64,000 bases of DNA from Alphaproteobacteria bacterium (GTDB taxonomy: Bacteria > Pseudomonadota > Alphaproteobacteria > UBA828). The notes under the pieces were generated by a model. That model was not told where the DNA came from and did no database searches. It saw only the letters and a list, made by a program, of their open reading frames with translations. This document shows, one piece after another, positions 33,801 to 43,020 of the stretch. The stretch spans positions 649,357-713,356 of the forward strand of contig CBDEFM010000001.1 of assembly GCA_965237415.1 (NCBI GenBank), written 5' to 3'. The stretch's first letter is position 1. Every line of letters begins with the position of its first letter. The position numbers and the translations under genes are program-made.

Positions 33801-34446
33801 GGTAGGCACAGAACGGGGGGTCGGGAAGGTGGGCGAGTGGCCAAACAGCACGAAATACGGCACAGAGCGCATAGCCACCGGTCAGGCGGTGCTCCCACAA
33901 GGATCGACGTTGACCGGGGCGACGCGGTACGGATAACTGGGGAGCTATGGCCAAAGCGCGACGGGGAATCGATGGATTGGAGGATTCGGTCACGACCCAA
34001 GGCGTCACAAACCGTCTCGATATGGAATCCGGCCGATTGCTATACGATGACGGACGGACATGGGCTCAGCGGCCAGCCGCGGCGAAATCCCAAGAGGACA
34101 GCCGCGTTGGGGGCCGGGACGCTACTGGTCCGGATGCTCGATTGCATATGTGGCAAGGAGGTGATGTACCGCAACATCTTGATGCGGTCGACCAGGGAGG
34201 CGGCCAGAGAAACAGCCGGAATGCACCTTGAATCAGCCGCGACGCTGTCCGAAAAGGCGGAGCCACCTCAGTCGAATGAGGGTTCGGAAGCGTGGTTCCG
34301 TCAGGGAGTGGGACCGCTGACTAGTTGTCGACAACCGTCGCCCTCCCGCAGCCGCGGACCTCGCCCATGAACGAGTTGAGCTACGAAGTTGTTATCCTCG
34401 CATGGGCCGACCGGATATGTACAATCAGATTATCCAAGCCTAGCGT

Positions 34447-35877
34447 ATGTCAACACCGAACCCGCTGCCACAGATAGCGGCGGCTACTAGAGAAGCATCT
34501 TGGAGCACTAGGATGACCGTTGCACGCAACGACCAAGTCTATTTCAAAAGCCTAAGCCTCACCAACGTACGTTCATTTGGCGAGACGCAACAGCTCGATA
34601 TGACCGATGCAGATGGCCGACCGGCTCAGTGGACTCTAATCCTCGGTAACAACGGCGTTGGAAAGACAACACTGCTTCAATGCCTCGCATCGATGCGGCC
34701 GGTTCCTGCAGTACCCGCTAAAGAAGACACCAATGCTCCGACCCCCGAGAGAGTTGTGCCTGCCCTTCTACAGCGTGAGAACAGCGAGCTCGTTGCATTG
34801 GCACGGGTCGGCGAGGAAGAGGTGAACTTGCACGCTGCTCTCGTTGTAGGTCAACCGTTTCGTTCAAAGGCCACGAAGGCTAAAGAGGTTGTTTTCAAGG
34901 CGAACATTCGGGTTAAGAACGGAGAGCTAAAAAACGTAAAGCAAACTTCTGTTGACATGAAGAATGCTAGCGAGCCGCTGGTTATTGGATATGGGGCGGC
35001 GCGTCACATGCATAGCAGGGGTGCTGAGGTCTTCATGCCACATCCAGACCCAACGGCATCACTGTTTGATCCTAGCGTAGAGCTTGTAGATACAAGAGAT
35101 ATTCTGGAACAGCTCGACTATGCGGCGGTGAAGCGACAACCTCGCGCAAAGGGTCTTCTTTCATGCATCAAGGAGGCCTTGGCAAAGCTTCTCCCGGACG
35201 TAGAAAAGGCCTCAGCAGTTAAGTTGTATGGGCCTGCGCCGCCGGGTTCCCACAACCGAAAAGCTGGCGTCCAAGTTGTGACGCCCTATGGGGAGGTTCC
35301 TTTTGAGGCGCTAAGTTTAGGCTACCAAACGATGACGGCGTGGACAGTCGATTTGGCCTGGCGACTTACACAACATTACCCAAATGCTGATGATGCGTTG
35401 CAAATGCCGGCGATTGTTCTCATTGATGAGCTTGATCTGCACTTGCATCCACGCTGGCAGCGGGAAATACGGGATAGCATTTCGGACGCGTTTCCGCGAA
35501 TTCAATTCATTGCGACTGCGCACAGCCCGTTACTGGCACAGTCATATTTGGACCTCAACTTAGTTGTCGTGCGACAAGAAGGCGGCCAAGCAATCATCGA
35601 AAGAGATTCAAACATTGTTAGAACTTGGCGGATTGATGAAGTAGTTACCAGCGCCCTTCACGAAGTTAACTCTGTCTATTCTCCCGAGATTGGGCGTGAA
35701 CTTCGGGAACGAACCAAGCTCTTGCAAAAGCGCCGTCTAACTCCAGAGAACAAGAAGCGCTTGGACGAGCTGAATAATTTGGCAGAAAAACTCGTCCCGG
35801 CAATTGATTCGGATAACCATCGGGCCCTGGATGTTATTCGGCGGGCAGCAAGCCTCTTGGATGTGAACGAGAAGTGA
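34447..35877 (+). CDS. ABC/AAA-type ATPase, PtuA (Septu)-like
   Basis: ILGNNGVGKTT Walker A, LSLGYQ, VLIDELDLHLHPRWQR, QFIATAHSP; AT-richer than the flanks. Confidence 0.85.
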   Translation: MSTPNPLPQIAAATREASWSTRMTVARNDQVYFKSLSLTNVRSFGETQQLDMTDADGRPAQWTLILGNNGVGKTTLLQCLASMRPVPAVPAKEDTNAPTPERVVPALLQRENSELVALARVGEEEVNLHAALVVGQPFRSKATKAKEVVFKANIRVKNGELKNVKQTSVDMKNASEPLVIGYGAARHMHSRGAEVFMPHPDPTASLFDPSVELVDTRDILEQLDYAAVKRQPRAKGLLSCIKEALAKLLPDVEKASAVKLYGPAPPGSHNRKAGVQVVTPYGEVPFEALSLGYQTMTAWTVDLAWRLTQHYPNADDALQMPAIVLIDELDLHLHPRWQREIRDSISDAFPRIQFIATAHSPLLAQSYLDLNLVVVRQEGGQAIIERDSNIVRTWRIDEVVTSALHEVNSVYSPEIGRELRERTKLLQKRRLTPENKKRLDELNNLAEKLVPAIDSDNHRALDVIRRAASLLDVNEK

Positions 35878-36659
35878 TTTTGGTCATTAAGCCGGTTGCC
35901 CCTCGCTCATTGGCTGCCGGTGTCGCAGAAACCGTCACACATTGCACTGACTTCGATGCCGACCCACAGGGTTACCGAGATGGCGCAAAATCATTTTCGT
36001 TCAAGCGCTCGATATACGGCAGTGCTCGAGTAAAGAATGTCCTCAAAGGTGCTCAGAAAGAAAAGTGTTGTTTTTGTGAGGCGCGGTTCGATGCAAATTA
36101 TCAGGGGGATGTCGAGCACTACCGACCTAAAGGCGCGATTGGTTCTGGAAAGACAAAGATCAAGCCGGGATATTATTGGCTGGCTTACACTTGGAACAAT
36201 CTCTATTACGCGTGCGCTGACTGCAACCAGTATCGGAAGCGTGCAGCTTTTCCACTAGTTGATGAAACCAATAGAGCACTGGATCATCATGGTGCAATAG
36301 GTGACGAAGATCCACTCATCCTGGACCCGGGTGGCCCCCGCGATCCTCGCGATCATATTCGTTTTGTTAGGGACGTGCCGACGGGGACCACTGCTGCTGG
36401 GCGAGAAACCATTGGGCGCCTAAAACTCGACCGAGAGGCACTGTGTCGAGACCGTCGAGAGCACTTTCGTATTCTTCAAGCAATGATTGACATCATTCGC
36501 CTCAACGAATTTGACGAGCGACCAGAGGCGATGCGATGCGTGCGCGATGCACGCTCAAATTTGGTGAATTATATGGAGCCAGAGGGCAAATACTCGGCCG
36601 CCGCCCGGGACTTTCTGGCCCCTTTTCGGCAATACTGGGAGGCAAGAATTCAATTGTGA
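35874..36659 (+). CDS. HNH endonuclease, PtuB/TIGR02646-like
   Basis: KCCFCE, DVEHYRPKG, YYWLAYTWNNLYYACADCN; GTGA overlap with the ATPase. Confidence 0.85.
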   Translation: MILVIKPVAPRSLAAGVAETVTHCTDFDADPQGYRDGAKSFSFKRSIYGSARVKNVLKGAQKEKCCFCEARFDANYQGDVEHYRPKGAIGSGKTKIKPGYYWLAYTWNNLYYACADCNQYRKRAAFPLVDETNRALDHHGAIGDEDPLILDPGGPRDPRDHIRFVRDVPTGTTAAGRETIGRLKLDREALCRDRREHFRILQAMIDIIRLNEFDERPEAMRCVRDARSNLVNYMEPEGKYSAAARDFLAPFRQYWEARIQL

Positions 36660-36780
36660 TCCGGCACGTTCGAGTCGATGTAGCCCAATTCCTTTTCAGG
36701 TCACTTTCGCTCGTAACCCGTTCGGCCGCAATTGAAACGAAATCTGCCAATATACGGCTTTCTACGGTGCAAGCTTTCAG

Positions 36781-37140
36781 CCCGGTTTTCTCAAACCTTG
36801 GTCCGAGACGAGGATGGTCGGCGGGTTTTTGGGTATTGGTTTGGGATGACCGTGGGCTGCGGCCGGGTGGGGGATTTGAGGCGAGCGGAGACGGCCTCCG
36901 TTTGGCGGGTGGGTTGTGTTGCGCTGTGCCTCTTTTGTTGCTGGGACGGGTTTGGCTGGGCCGCTTACGCCGCGGCGGCGGATAGTCGGTGGTGGGCGCG
37001 TTGGAACTCGCTCCGGTTAAGGACAACCGGAAACCATCGCGAACTTGATCCGTCGCACGCTGATGCGCACCAGGGCGGCGATCTTCAGCAGCTTGAGCCG
37101 GATGGTGCCGCAGCTTGCCCTGGCGAAGCGGGTACCCTCG
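36781..37140 (-). pseudogene. IS1380 family remnant (C-terminus and end)
   Basis: Minus strand reads GTRFARASCGTIRLKLLKIAALVRISVRRIKFAM; end-like CCCGGTTTTCTCA at 36781. Confidence 0.65.
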
Positions 37141-37246
37141 AAGCCATCGCCGCCGGACACCCCAACAGCCGCATCGACGAACTGCTCCCCTGGAACTTCA
37201 CGCCCGCGTCAACCTGAAATCCAGGTGCCGCGCCGGCACCGCTTAC
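37140..37246 (+). pseudogene. IS66 TnpC C-terminal tail and right end
   Basis: EAIAAGHPNSRIDELLPWNF, followed by CACCGCTTAC (GTAAGCG-type end). Confidence 0.7.
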
Positions 37247-37258
37247 GATAGTTCAGCG

Positions 37259-37452
37259 TTCAGCGCCTTCGTCAGCGTACCGATGTGGACCGACCCGCTC
37301 TTGATGATTCAGGTCTACGACCCGGTGCTCACTCCGCGCTCGGAGGCGACACTGAGCGCCATCAGCGCTTTCCTGTTCCTGTTGATCGAGCTACTGGACC
37401 ACTTTGGCGCCGGGGTGCTACCCAGTGTCGGGGCGTGCTTCCAGGCGCGTGT
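37259..37452 (+). pseudogene. Degraded N-terminus of a PrtD-type type I secretion ABC transporter
   Basis: FSAFVSVPMWTDPLLMIQVYDPVLTPRSEATL...FLFLLIELLDH...GACFQAR resembles the PrtD motif (P-L-F-M-L-Q-V-Y-D-R-V-L-x-S-R-S-x-x-T-L). Confidence 0.5.
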
Positions 37453-37585
37453 TGGCCCCAGAATATTCAAGCGGAAAGACAGGATACGATGATGGCGGTA
37501 CTGGATGGGATTGTCGCGACGGTAGTGGAAAAAAAGCGGGCTACGGGTCGAGGGGTTGTCGGAGAGACTTGCTCGCTCCACATAT

Positions 37586-38434
37586 TTATGACCTAGTGCT
37601 GCTAGTGTAAGGAAAATACGGTGCCAAGAATGAAGAGGCAAGCCGATACCCTGAAGTTGTCCAATTGCGAGAGCTGATAAGACGTGCCACGCCAACCATT
37701 TCCGCTTCTATAGCGCTGACACGTGCTCTTCCGAACTCCGCACTTTGTGGCCGTTGATTTACGATGTCGGCCCAAAATGCTCGAAGATTGCCGAAGACAT
37801 AAATTCCATGAACAAGTCCCTGCAAAGTTCGTCTTTCTCCTTTCCACGGGGAATGTACTAAGATCTCATCGGTATTGTTCGCTATCAGCGGCTCCACTCT
37901 CTCAACCAAGGAAAGCTGAAGGTGAAGTGCTTCGTGAACGATACTCTCCGCTAGACGCTCCACTCTGTATTGCGCGTCCACTGGTGGGCACGAAACAAAG
38001 ATAGAAAAAGGCAATGCGGGGTCGCTAAAACTAATGTCGATCTCGTGGTCGTTGCTAATCAGAGGATGCAAAGACCGACACATCTCCGTGACGGTTGCAT
38101 GAATTTCCTGATTGTCTTGTATTAGAACCAGTGAATCGACCAACGTGTGCATAAACATTTTGCCTTCCAAGTCACATGCCTTGGCAAGTTGTAGACCCAC
38201 GCTCTCCCAGGGTTTAGCTAAATCACCCGACAATAGCTCCACAATCATATTTGGGCAAGGTGACGACGGTAGCCTTTCAGATGGGCTTAGGGATTTAGGG
38301 TTGGATCCACCTAGGTGCCGAGAAGTAGAGTAATGATACCAAGGAGAACATTCACCAAGAAACTCCTGCCTCAACTTCGTCGGTGCAGATGGGTGCCAGC
38401 CGCATGGCCGAGCAATTAGGTCGTAAACTGTCAT
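37586..38434 (-). CDS. HExxH-motif protein (aKG-HExxH peptide beta-hydroxylase-like)
   Basis: ISFSDPALPFSIFV, LAESIVHEALHLQL, SPWKGERRTLQGLVHGIYVF. Confidence 0.85.
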   Translation of the reverse strand: MTVYDLIARPCGWHPSAPTKLRQEFLGECSPWYHYSTSRHLGGSNPKSLSPSERLPSSPCPNMIVELLSGDLAKPWESVGLQLAKACDLEGKMFMHTLVDSLVLIQDNQEIHATVTEMCRSLHPLISNDHEIDISFSDPALPFSIFVSCPPVDAQYRVERLAESIVHEALHLQLSLVERVEPLIANNTDEILVHSPWKGERRTLQGLVHGIYVFGNLRAFWADIVNQRPQSAEFGRARVSAIEAEMVGVARLISSRNWTTSGYRLASSFLAPYFPYTSSTRS

Positions 38435-39009
38435 CCACTGGCGGGGTAAAAGGAATACACGATCGTAAAACGCTCTCCCGAATGCACAGTGCTAACGGCA
38501 TGATAAGAGTGTGGCGAAATTAGAAATGCTTGGATTGAACCATTAAAAGGCTCGATCACCTTACTTAGGGATTCAGGCTCGGGTCCTGAAAATAGCATCA
38601 AATAGCCGCCATGTTCGGGTTTCCAACCCCTATTAAGTTGAAGTAGGAGCCGATGGCTCTCTCCTCCGGGGATGAAGTCATTGTGAATACGTATGGTTTG
38701 GCCGCAAACAAGCTTATGTGCGGTGATGTCAACAGATTCGCTCAACGATTGACCAAATAGCTGGAATAGTTGGCGACGCAGCGACGCTAGAGCGTTGGGA
38801 CAAATAAGGTGTTGCAAGAAGGGAGGTACGGAGATATGGCGAAGACTGAATTCGTACTGCTCATAGAAGTCTGTAGTGGTTGGCGTCCAAGGGGCTTTTT
38901 CTTCCAGCCAAGTAAGACATTCAACGAAATTTGATAGCATTACCGTAGGCGCAACCAGATGTTCGAAAGGAACGCTGGCGAACTCTACATTGTCAATATC
39001 AGGAAACAC
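38431..39009 (-). CDS. yhhC: 2OG-Fe(II) oxygenase, YhhC-like
   Basis: DFYEQYEFS, IRIHNDF (HxD), GGYLMLF, SYHAVS...RFTIVYSF. Confidence 0.8.
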   Translation of the reverse strand: MFPDIDNVEFASVPFEHLVAPTVMLSNFVECLTWLEEKAPWTPTTTDFYEQYEFSLRHISVPPFLQHLICPNALASLRRQLFQLFGQSLSESVDITAHKLVCGQTIRIHNDFIPGGESHRLLLQLNRGWKPEHGGYLMLFSGPEPESLSKVIEPFNGSIQAFLISPHSYHAVSTVHSGERFTIVYSFYPASG

Positions 39010-39012
39010 AGA

Positions 39013-40188
39013 TCAGCTCGGCGGTTGAAATGGCACTTGGCCAAAGTCGAATTCGCCCAGTCGATCAACAGCATGATTTATTAAGAGGGCGTGGTCCTTG
39101 CAGTAGACGGAGGGGTTGTTGTAACCGTGTTCCTCGCTCCAGCGGTACAAGGGCATTCCCCCACCGCAAAGGGGGAGAAAAGGGCAGACTTTACACTCGG
39201 TGCAGGTCGGAATCTGCATAGCGGCATAAGAAAGGTACTCGTGGGAAGAAAGAACGTCATCTAAGGTGCTATTCACTATGTTCCAACAGTGATCAAAACG
39301 GTCGGCACCTTCGTAGGAGGCGCGCAGTGTGTCGTTCTTACGAATATCACCGTTAGTCTCAACAATCAGGATGCCATGTTGGTCTTCACCAACCCCTTCC
39401 TTCTGGTTAGAGCCCCCAAGATACAGTTTTACTAAATCATCAAATATGCGGATTGGAACACTTGATTTGTCGGAGAGGTACAAATCGAAGAGTCGCACCA
39501 ACCAGTCTCCATACTCAGTGGTAGTAAAATGTGACTTACTGGGCGGGAGCCGGTCATGGTTCCCATCTTGCAACAGGAAATCCATGCTTGGGGTATCCAG
39601 TTCCTTCAAGAAAGCGTATACAGAATCGGGTGAAATAGAAGGCTGAATCACGGACAAAGTTCCAGCAAAAAGAAAATCGTGCTCTGAATGCGAGGCCAAT
39701 AGGCGTATACCTCGGAGTACGGCTGAGAATGTGCTCCGGCCACGACGGTCAAGTCTAGCAATATCATTTGCTGCGCGGGGCCCGTCTATACTGACGGATA
39801 CACTTGTCCGGGTCTCTGCAAAGAGGTCCAGAAACTTCTCCGAGAGGAGGGCTCCGTTTGTTTGAATGCTGATGGGGTGACGATCAGGGTTCATTGAGGC
39901 TCGCAGCCCGCGAAGCAGTAGTGCCAAGTCCTCAAAACCTAGTAGAAGAGGCTCGCCGCCGTGCAGGACAATGGCGAATCCTGCGCGCTGATGCGCCGCA
40001 TGCGCGGCTAGCCGATCCCGGACGGCCAGCAGCGTGTCGCGGCGCATGCGTTTCGGTTGGCTGCGCCAACCTGTATCTGGTCCTTGATATATGTAGCAAT
40101 AGGAGCAGTCAAAGTTGCAGCGGCTAGCGGTCTTGACGAGGACTGTGTCCACACGCTTGGAGGCGGTGACGGGGTGGCTAAAGCGCAA
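39013..40188 (-). CDS. yhhB: Cyclophane-forming radical SAM/SPASM peptide maturase, YhhB-like
   Basis: KTASRCNFDCSYC (CxxxCxxC), HGGEPLL, IQTNG, SVSIDGP, SPASM CTECKVC...CGGG...NPSVYC. Confidence 0.9.
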   Translation of the reverse strand: MRFSHPVTASKRVDTVLVKTASRCNFDCSYCYIYQGPDTGWRSQPKRMRRDTLLAVRDRLAAHAAHQRAGFAIVLHGGEPLLLGFEDLALLLRGLRASMNPDRHPISIQTNGALLSEKFLDLFAETRTSVSVSIDGPRAANDIARLDRRGRSTFSAVLRGIRLLASHSEHDFLFAGTLSVIQPSISPDSVYAFLKELDTPSMDFLLQDGNHDRLPPSKSHFTTTEYGDWLVRLFDLYLSDKSSVPIRIFDDLVKLYLGGSNQKEGVGEDQHGILIVETNGDIRKNDTLRASYEGADRFDHCWNIVNSTLDDVLSSHEYLSYAAMQIPTCTECKVCPFLPLCGGGMPLYRWSEEHGYNNPSVYCKDHALLINHAVDRLGEFDFGQVPFQPPS

Positions 40189-40193
40189 AACGG

Positions 40194-40388
40194 CTACCTA
40201 CCGCCGCGATTGTGTCGGTTGTGGACGCGGTCATAGCCGGCTTTGGCGTTATGCTCGTTTCGCACCTCCTCCATTAAACGAGACAGGACGGGGTGGCGCG
40301 TCGCCAGAACGGGTCGGTCCGTGCTCGGGCGATCATCAGTCGAGGGCGGTGACGAATCCAGTGACGGTTGGGCAGCATGATTGTCCAT
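40194..40388 (-). CDS. yhhA: Triceptide precursor peptide, YhhA-like (64 aa)
   Basis: MDNHAAQ...HPVLSRLMEEVRNEHNAKAG-YDR-V-HNR-HNR-GGR; GGAG RBS; 5 bp upstream of the rSAM gene. Confidence 0.85.
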   Translation of the reverse strand: MDNHAAQPSLDSSPPSTDDRPSTDRPVLATRHPVLSRLMEEVRNEHNAKAGYDRVHNRHNRGGR

Positions 40389-40599
40389 GGTTTGGGCTCC
40401 AGCTTCCTTCGTGGCGGTCCGACCGAGTACTAGAATGGCGAAGAGGCCATTGGCTAGCATGGTAGTGTAATGGCTAGGATAGATGCAAGAAGGAAAGTAA
40501 ATCATTGATAAAGCGGAGTTTTTCTCTTCTCATAATCGTAACTTATTGAAAACAAACAATTCTATTTTCTATCTTGAGGGGACGCGGGCTGAGCCGTCG

Positions 40600-41050
40600 G
40601 TCGTCGGCCACGCGCCGACGCCGCTCGACCCCGCACCGAACATGGGCGCGGCGCTCGGCATCGGTGTGTGGATCAAGCGCGAAGACTGCACCGGGCTCGC
40701 CTTGGGCGGCAACAAGGTGCGCCAGCTTGAGTTCCACTTTGGCGCGGCGCAGGCGTGCGGCGCGGATACGGTGCTGGTCACCGGTGCGGTGCAGCCGAAC
40801 CTGATGCGCATCGCCGCCGCGGGTGCGCACCAGGTTCGGGATGGAGGCGCACATCCAGCTCAAGGAGCGGGTGGACGGCGCCGGCGGTCCCTACCGCACA
40901 TCCGGCAACCTGTTGCTCGACCAGGTGCTGGGCGCTGCGCTGCACCCTTTCCCCGGGGGCGGGGACGAGGCGGCGGCGGACGCGGCGATGGAACGGCGCT
41001 CGCGTCGGAGAGCTGTAAGCCCTACGTCATCCACTCCGAGCCGGGGCATC
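40600..41050 (+). pseudogene. D-cysteine desulfhydrase/ACC deaminase family remnant
   Basis: HAPTPLD, WIKREDCTGLALGGNKVRQLEF, TGAVQPN; continuation SGNLLLDQVLGA is in another frame. Confidence 0.8.
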
Positions 41051-41126
41051 CGCCGCGCCGGCGCGTGGGACGCGAAGCTGTGCCGAACATTTAGGGGCGA
41101 TTCGCGAATAGCGGGAGAAGGCGGCG

Positions 41127-41150
41127 CGTGACGCGACATGTCGCGTCACG
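41127..41150. repeat. Perfect 24-bp palindrome
   Basis: CGTGACGCGACATGTCGCGTCACG. Confidence 0.95.
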
Positions 41151-41232
41151 ATATAGATTGAATCCGGTGACTATATGATTACGGATTGAAACTGAAGGCT
41201 AATAAACACAATGGTAGTAGTGAGTTAGCACG

Positions 41233-41325
41233 TTACGAAGCACAAGAGTGCCATAGGTCATGAATCGGCACATCGGATAGCTCGGCCCGCTTCCGGATGC
41301 GACGACATGGCTGTTGAAGGTGGGT
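41233..41325 (-). pseudogene. Degraded tyrosine-recombinase fragment
   Basis: HLQQPCRRIRKRAELSDVPIHDLWHSCAS aligns with DLQHPWRRIRARAELPDVRIHDLRHSFAS of the 46271-47443 integrase. Confidence 0.75.
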
Positions 41326-41441
41326 GGTATGGCTGCCCCGTCCCGGGCGCGGGACGTGCCGTCCCAGGATGCGTCGGTTGACGGTGGTCTGAGCCGGTCC
41401 TATGCCCTGTCCAGCGAACGGAAGGCCGACTGGACGGGGCG

Positions 41442-42131
41442 GTGAGCGAGCGGATCGCGCGGCTGCGCATCGAGCTGCAGGAGCTGGAGCCGAAGATCTG
41501 GCGGCGCATCGACATGCCGTTGTCGACGACGCTGGAGGCGCTGCACGAAGCGATCCAGATGACCATGGGCTGGACCTTCTCGCACCTCTGGGAATTCGAC
41601 ATCGACGGCCGGTGCTACGGCGATCCATCGTTCCGCGAGTTCGACGACGAGCCGCCGGTCTACAAGGCGAAGGCCCTGCGGCTCGGCACAGTGATCGAGC
41701 GCGGAGCGGAACGGTTCGTCTACGTCTACGACTACGGCGACAACTGGCGCCACGACGTGATCGTCGAGGAGGTGCGTCACGGCGACCCGGAAATGGAGTA
41801 CCCGGCCTTCGTGGACGGGGCCCGGCGGTGTCCGCCGGAGGATGTCGGCGGCCCTGGCGGCTTCATGGACTTTCTGGAGGCGACCCTCGATCCGGCGCGC
41901 GAGGAACACCGGGACATGGTCCGTTGGTACGGCGGGCCGTTCGATCCGATCGACTCCGACGAGGCGAGGGCCCGTTTCGGCATGGAGAACATGGCGCGGC
42001 GACGGCGCGGCCTGCTTGCCAGCCAACCACAGGAGCGGCTCGCGGCGTCCGAAACGATGAGGGCGACGTCTCGGGTGGCAGGGCGGATCGACGCGGGCGT
42101 TTTCGGTCCGGAATCGCCAGGCGACGCCTAA
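41442..42131 (+). CDS. Plasmid pRiA4b ORF-3 family protein
   Basis: PKIWRRIDMP, LHEAIQMTMGW, HLWEF, YVYDYGDNWRH, GARRCPPEDVGG. Confidence 0.9.
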   Translation: MSERIARLRIELQELEPKIWRRIDMPLSTTLEALHEAIQMTMGWTFSHLWEFDIDGRCYGDPSFREFDDEPPVYKAKALRLGTVIERGAERFVYVYDYGDNWRHDVIVEEVRHGDPEMEYPAFVDGARRCPPEDVGGPGGFMDFLEATLDPAREEHRDMVRWYGGPFDPIDSDEARARFGMENMARRRRGLLASQPQERLAASETMRATSRVAGRIDAGVFGPESPGDA

Positions 42132-42623
42132 GGCACTCTAGGACAGTCTGCACTTTGAAAAAATCTGAATGCGGTTTGATGACGAAACTTGAGATATCAA
42201 TAGGGATTATATTTTTTCTTGTTTGATTACAATAGATTAGTGGATTTGTCATGAAGCATGTACTGTTTACGGTGGCGGGATTATGCGCCAGAGCGGCGGC
42301 GAGAAATTCACCATTGAATCGACGCTGTACGAAACGCCGCCATGGTACAACTACTGGATGGGGCTCTTTGCAGCCAATCACCAAGAATGGAGACAGATGG
42401 GGTTTCAGGCTATAATCCCGAAGCGGATTGCCATTTTGGCGGAACTCGCAGAAGTCTTGCTTAAGGGTTCGATCCTCGATCAGGTAAAGTACGAATTGAC
42501 GAAGGTGACTGCTGAAGGCCGCGATTTCAATTTGTGTCCGTCACACGATGGCTGGTACCTGATTGGTTGAACCCGACCAATTGTGTTCGGAAAGGCAGGA
42601 TCGGCTCATATGGAACACGCCGT

Positions 42624-43019
42624 CTAGCTCCATCTCTCCCAAACACGGTCGTACCACCTGCCTTCCGATTTCGAAATCGGCAGGTGCCACATGATCGCAT
42701 TCCGAACAATTGAGTAATGGCTTCTGCATGGGAACTTGACCCCGATCGAAGGCCGCAGGGTTAGATACTCACCATCGTAGGTCAAGCTTCGAGTCTCAGG
42801 GTCCAGCGTCACGTCGACCAAACGACCACACCCGCATGGACATAGATGGGAAAGGGTGGCGAACCTCATGCTGACGTAAAGTGTGCCATTTTCCATTTCG
42901 GGTAAGTGCGGGATTGTCTCAACAAACAATGGTTTTAGTACTATTGATTCTCGGTTCCTCACATCATAGTTTGGATAAGAATTGCGACTCTCCCGCTTTC
43001 CCCATTTCCAAAATCGCAC
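42624..43019 (-). CDS. DUF6527-like protein (putative Ubl-operon peptidase)
   Basis: GTLYVSMRF...HLCPCGCG...LTYDGEYLTLRPSIG...PCRSHYSI. Confidence 0.8.
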   Translation of the reverse strand: MRFWKWGKRESRNSYPNYDVRNRESIVLKPLFVETIPHLPEMENGTLYVSMRFATLSHLCPCGCGRLVDVTLDPETRSLTYDGEYLTLRPSIGVKFPCRSHYSIVRNAIMWHLPISKSEGRWYDRVWERWS

Positions 43020-43020
43020 T

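Noticed and set aside
33800-34446. Retron msr-msd ncRNA upstream of the ATPase
   Set aside because: Only short hairpins, no a1/a2 inverted repeat recognised and no adjacent RT.
37259-37452. Exporter for the triceptide cluster
   Set aside because: Only a short degraded PrtD-like N-terminus, on the opposite strand; it cannot be functional.
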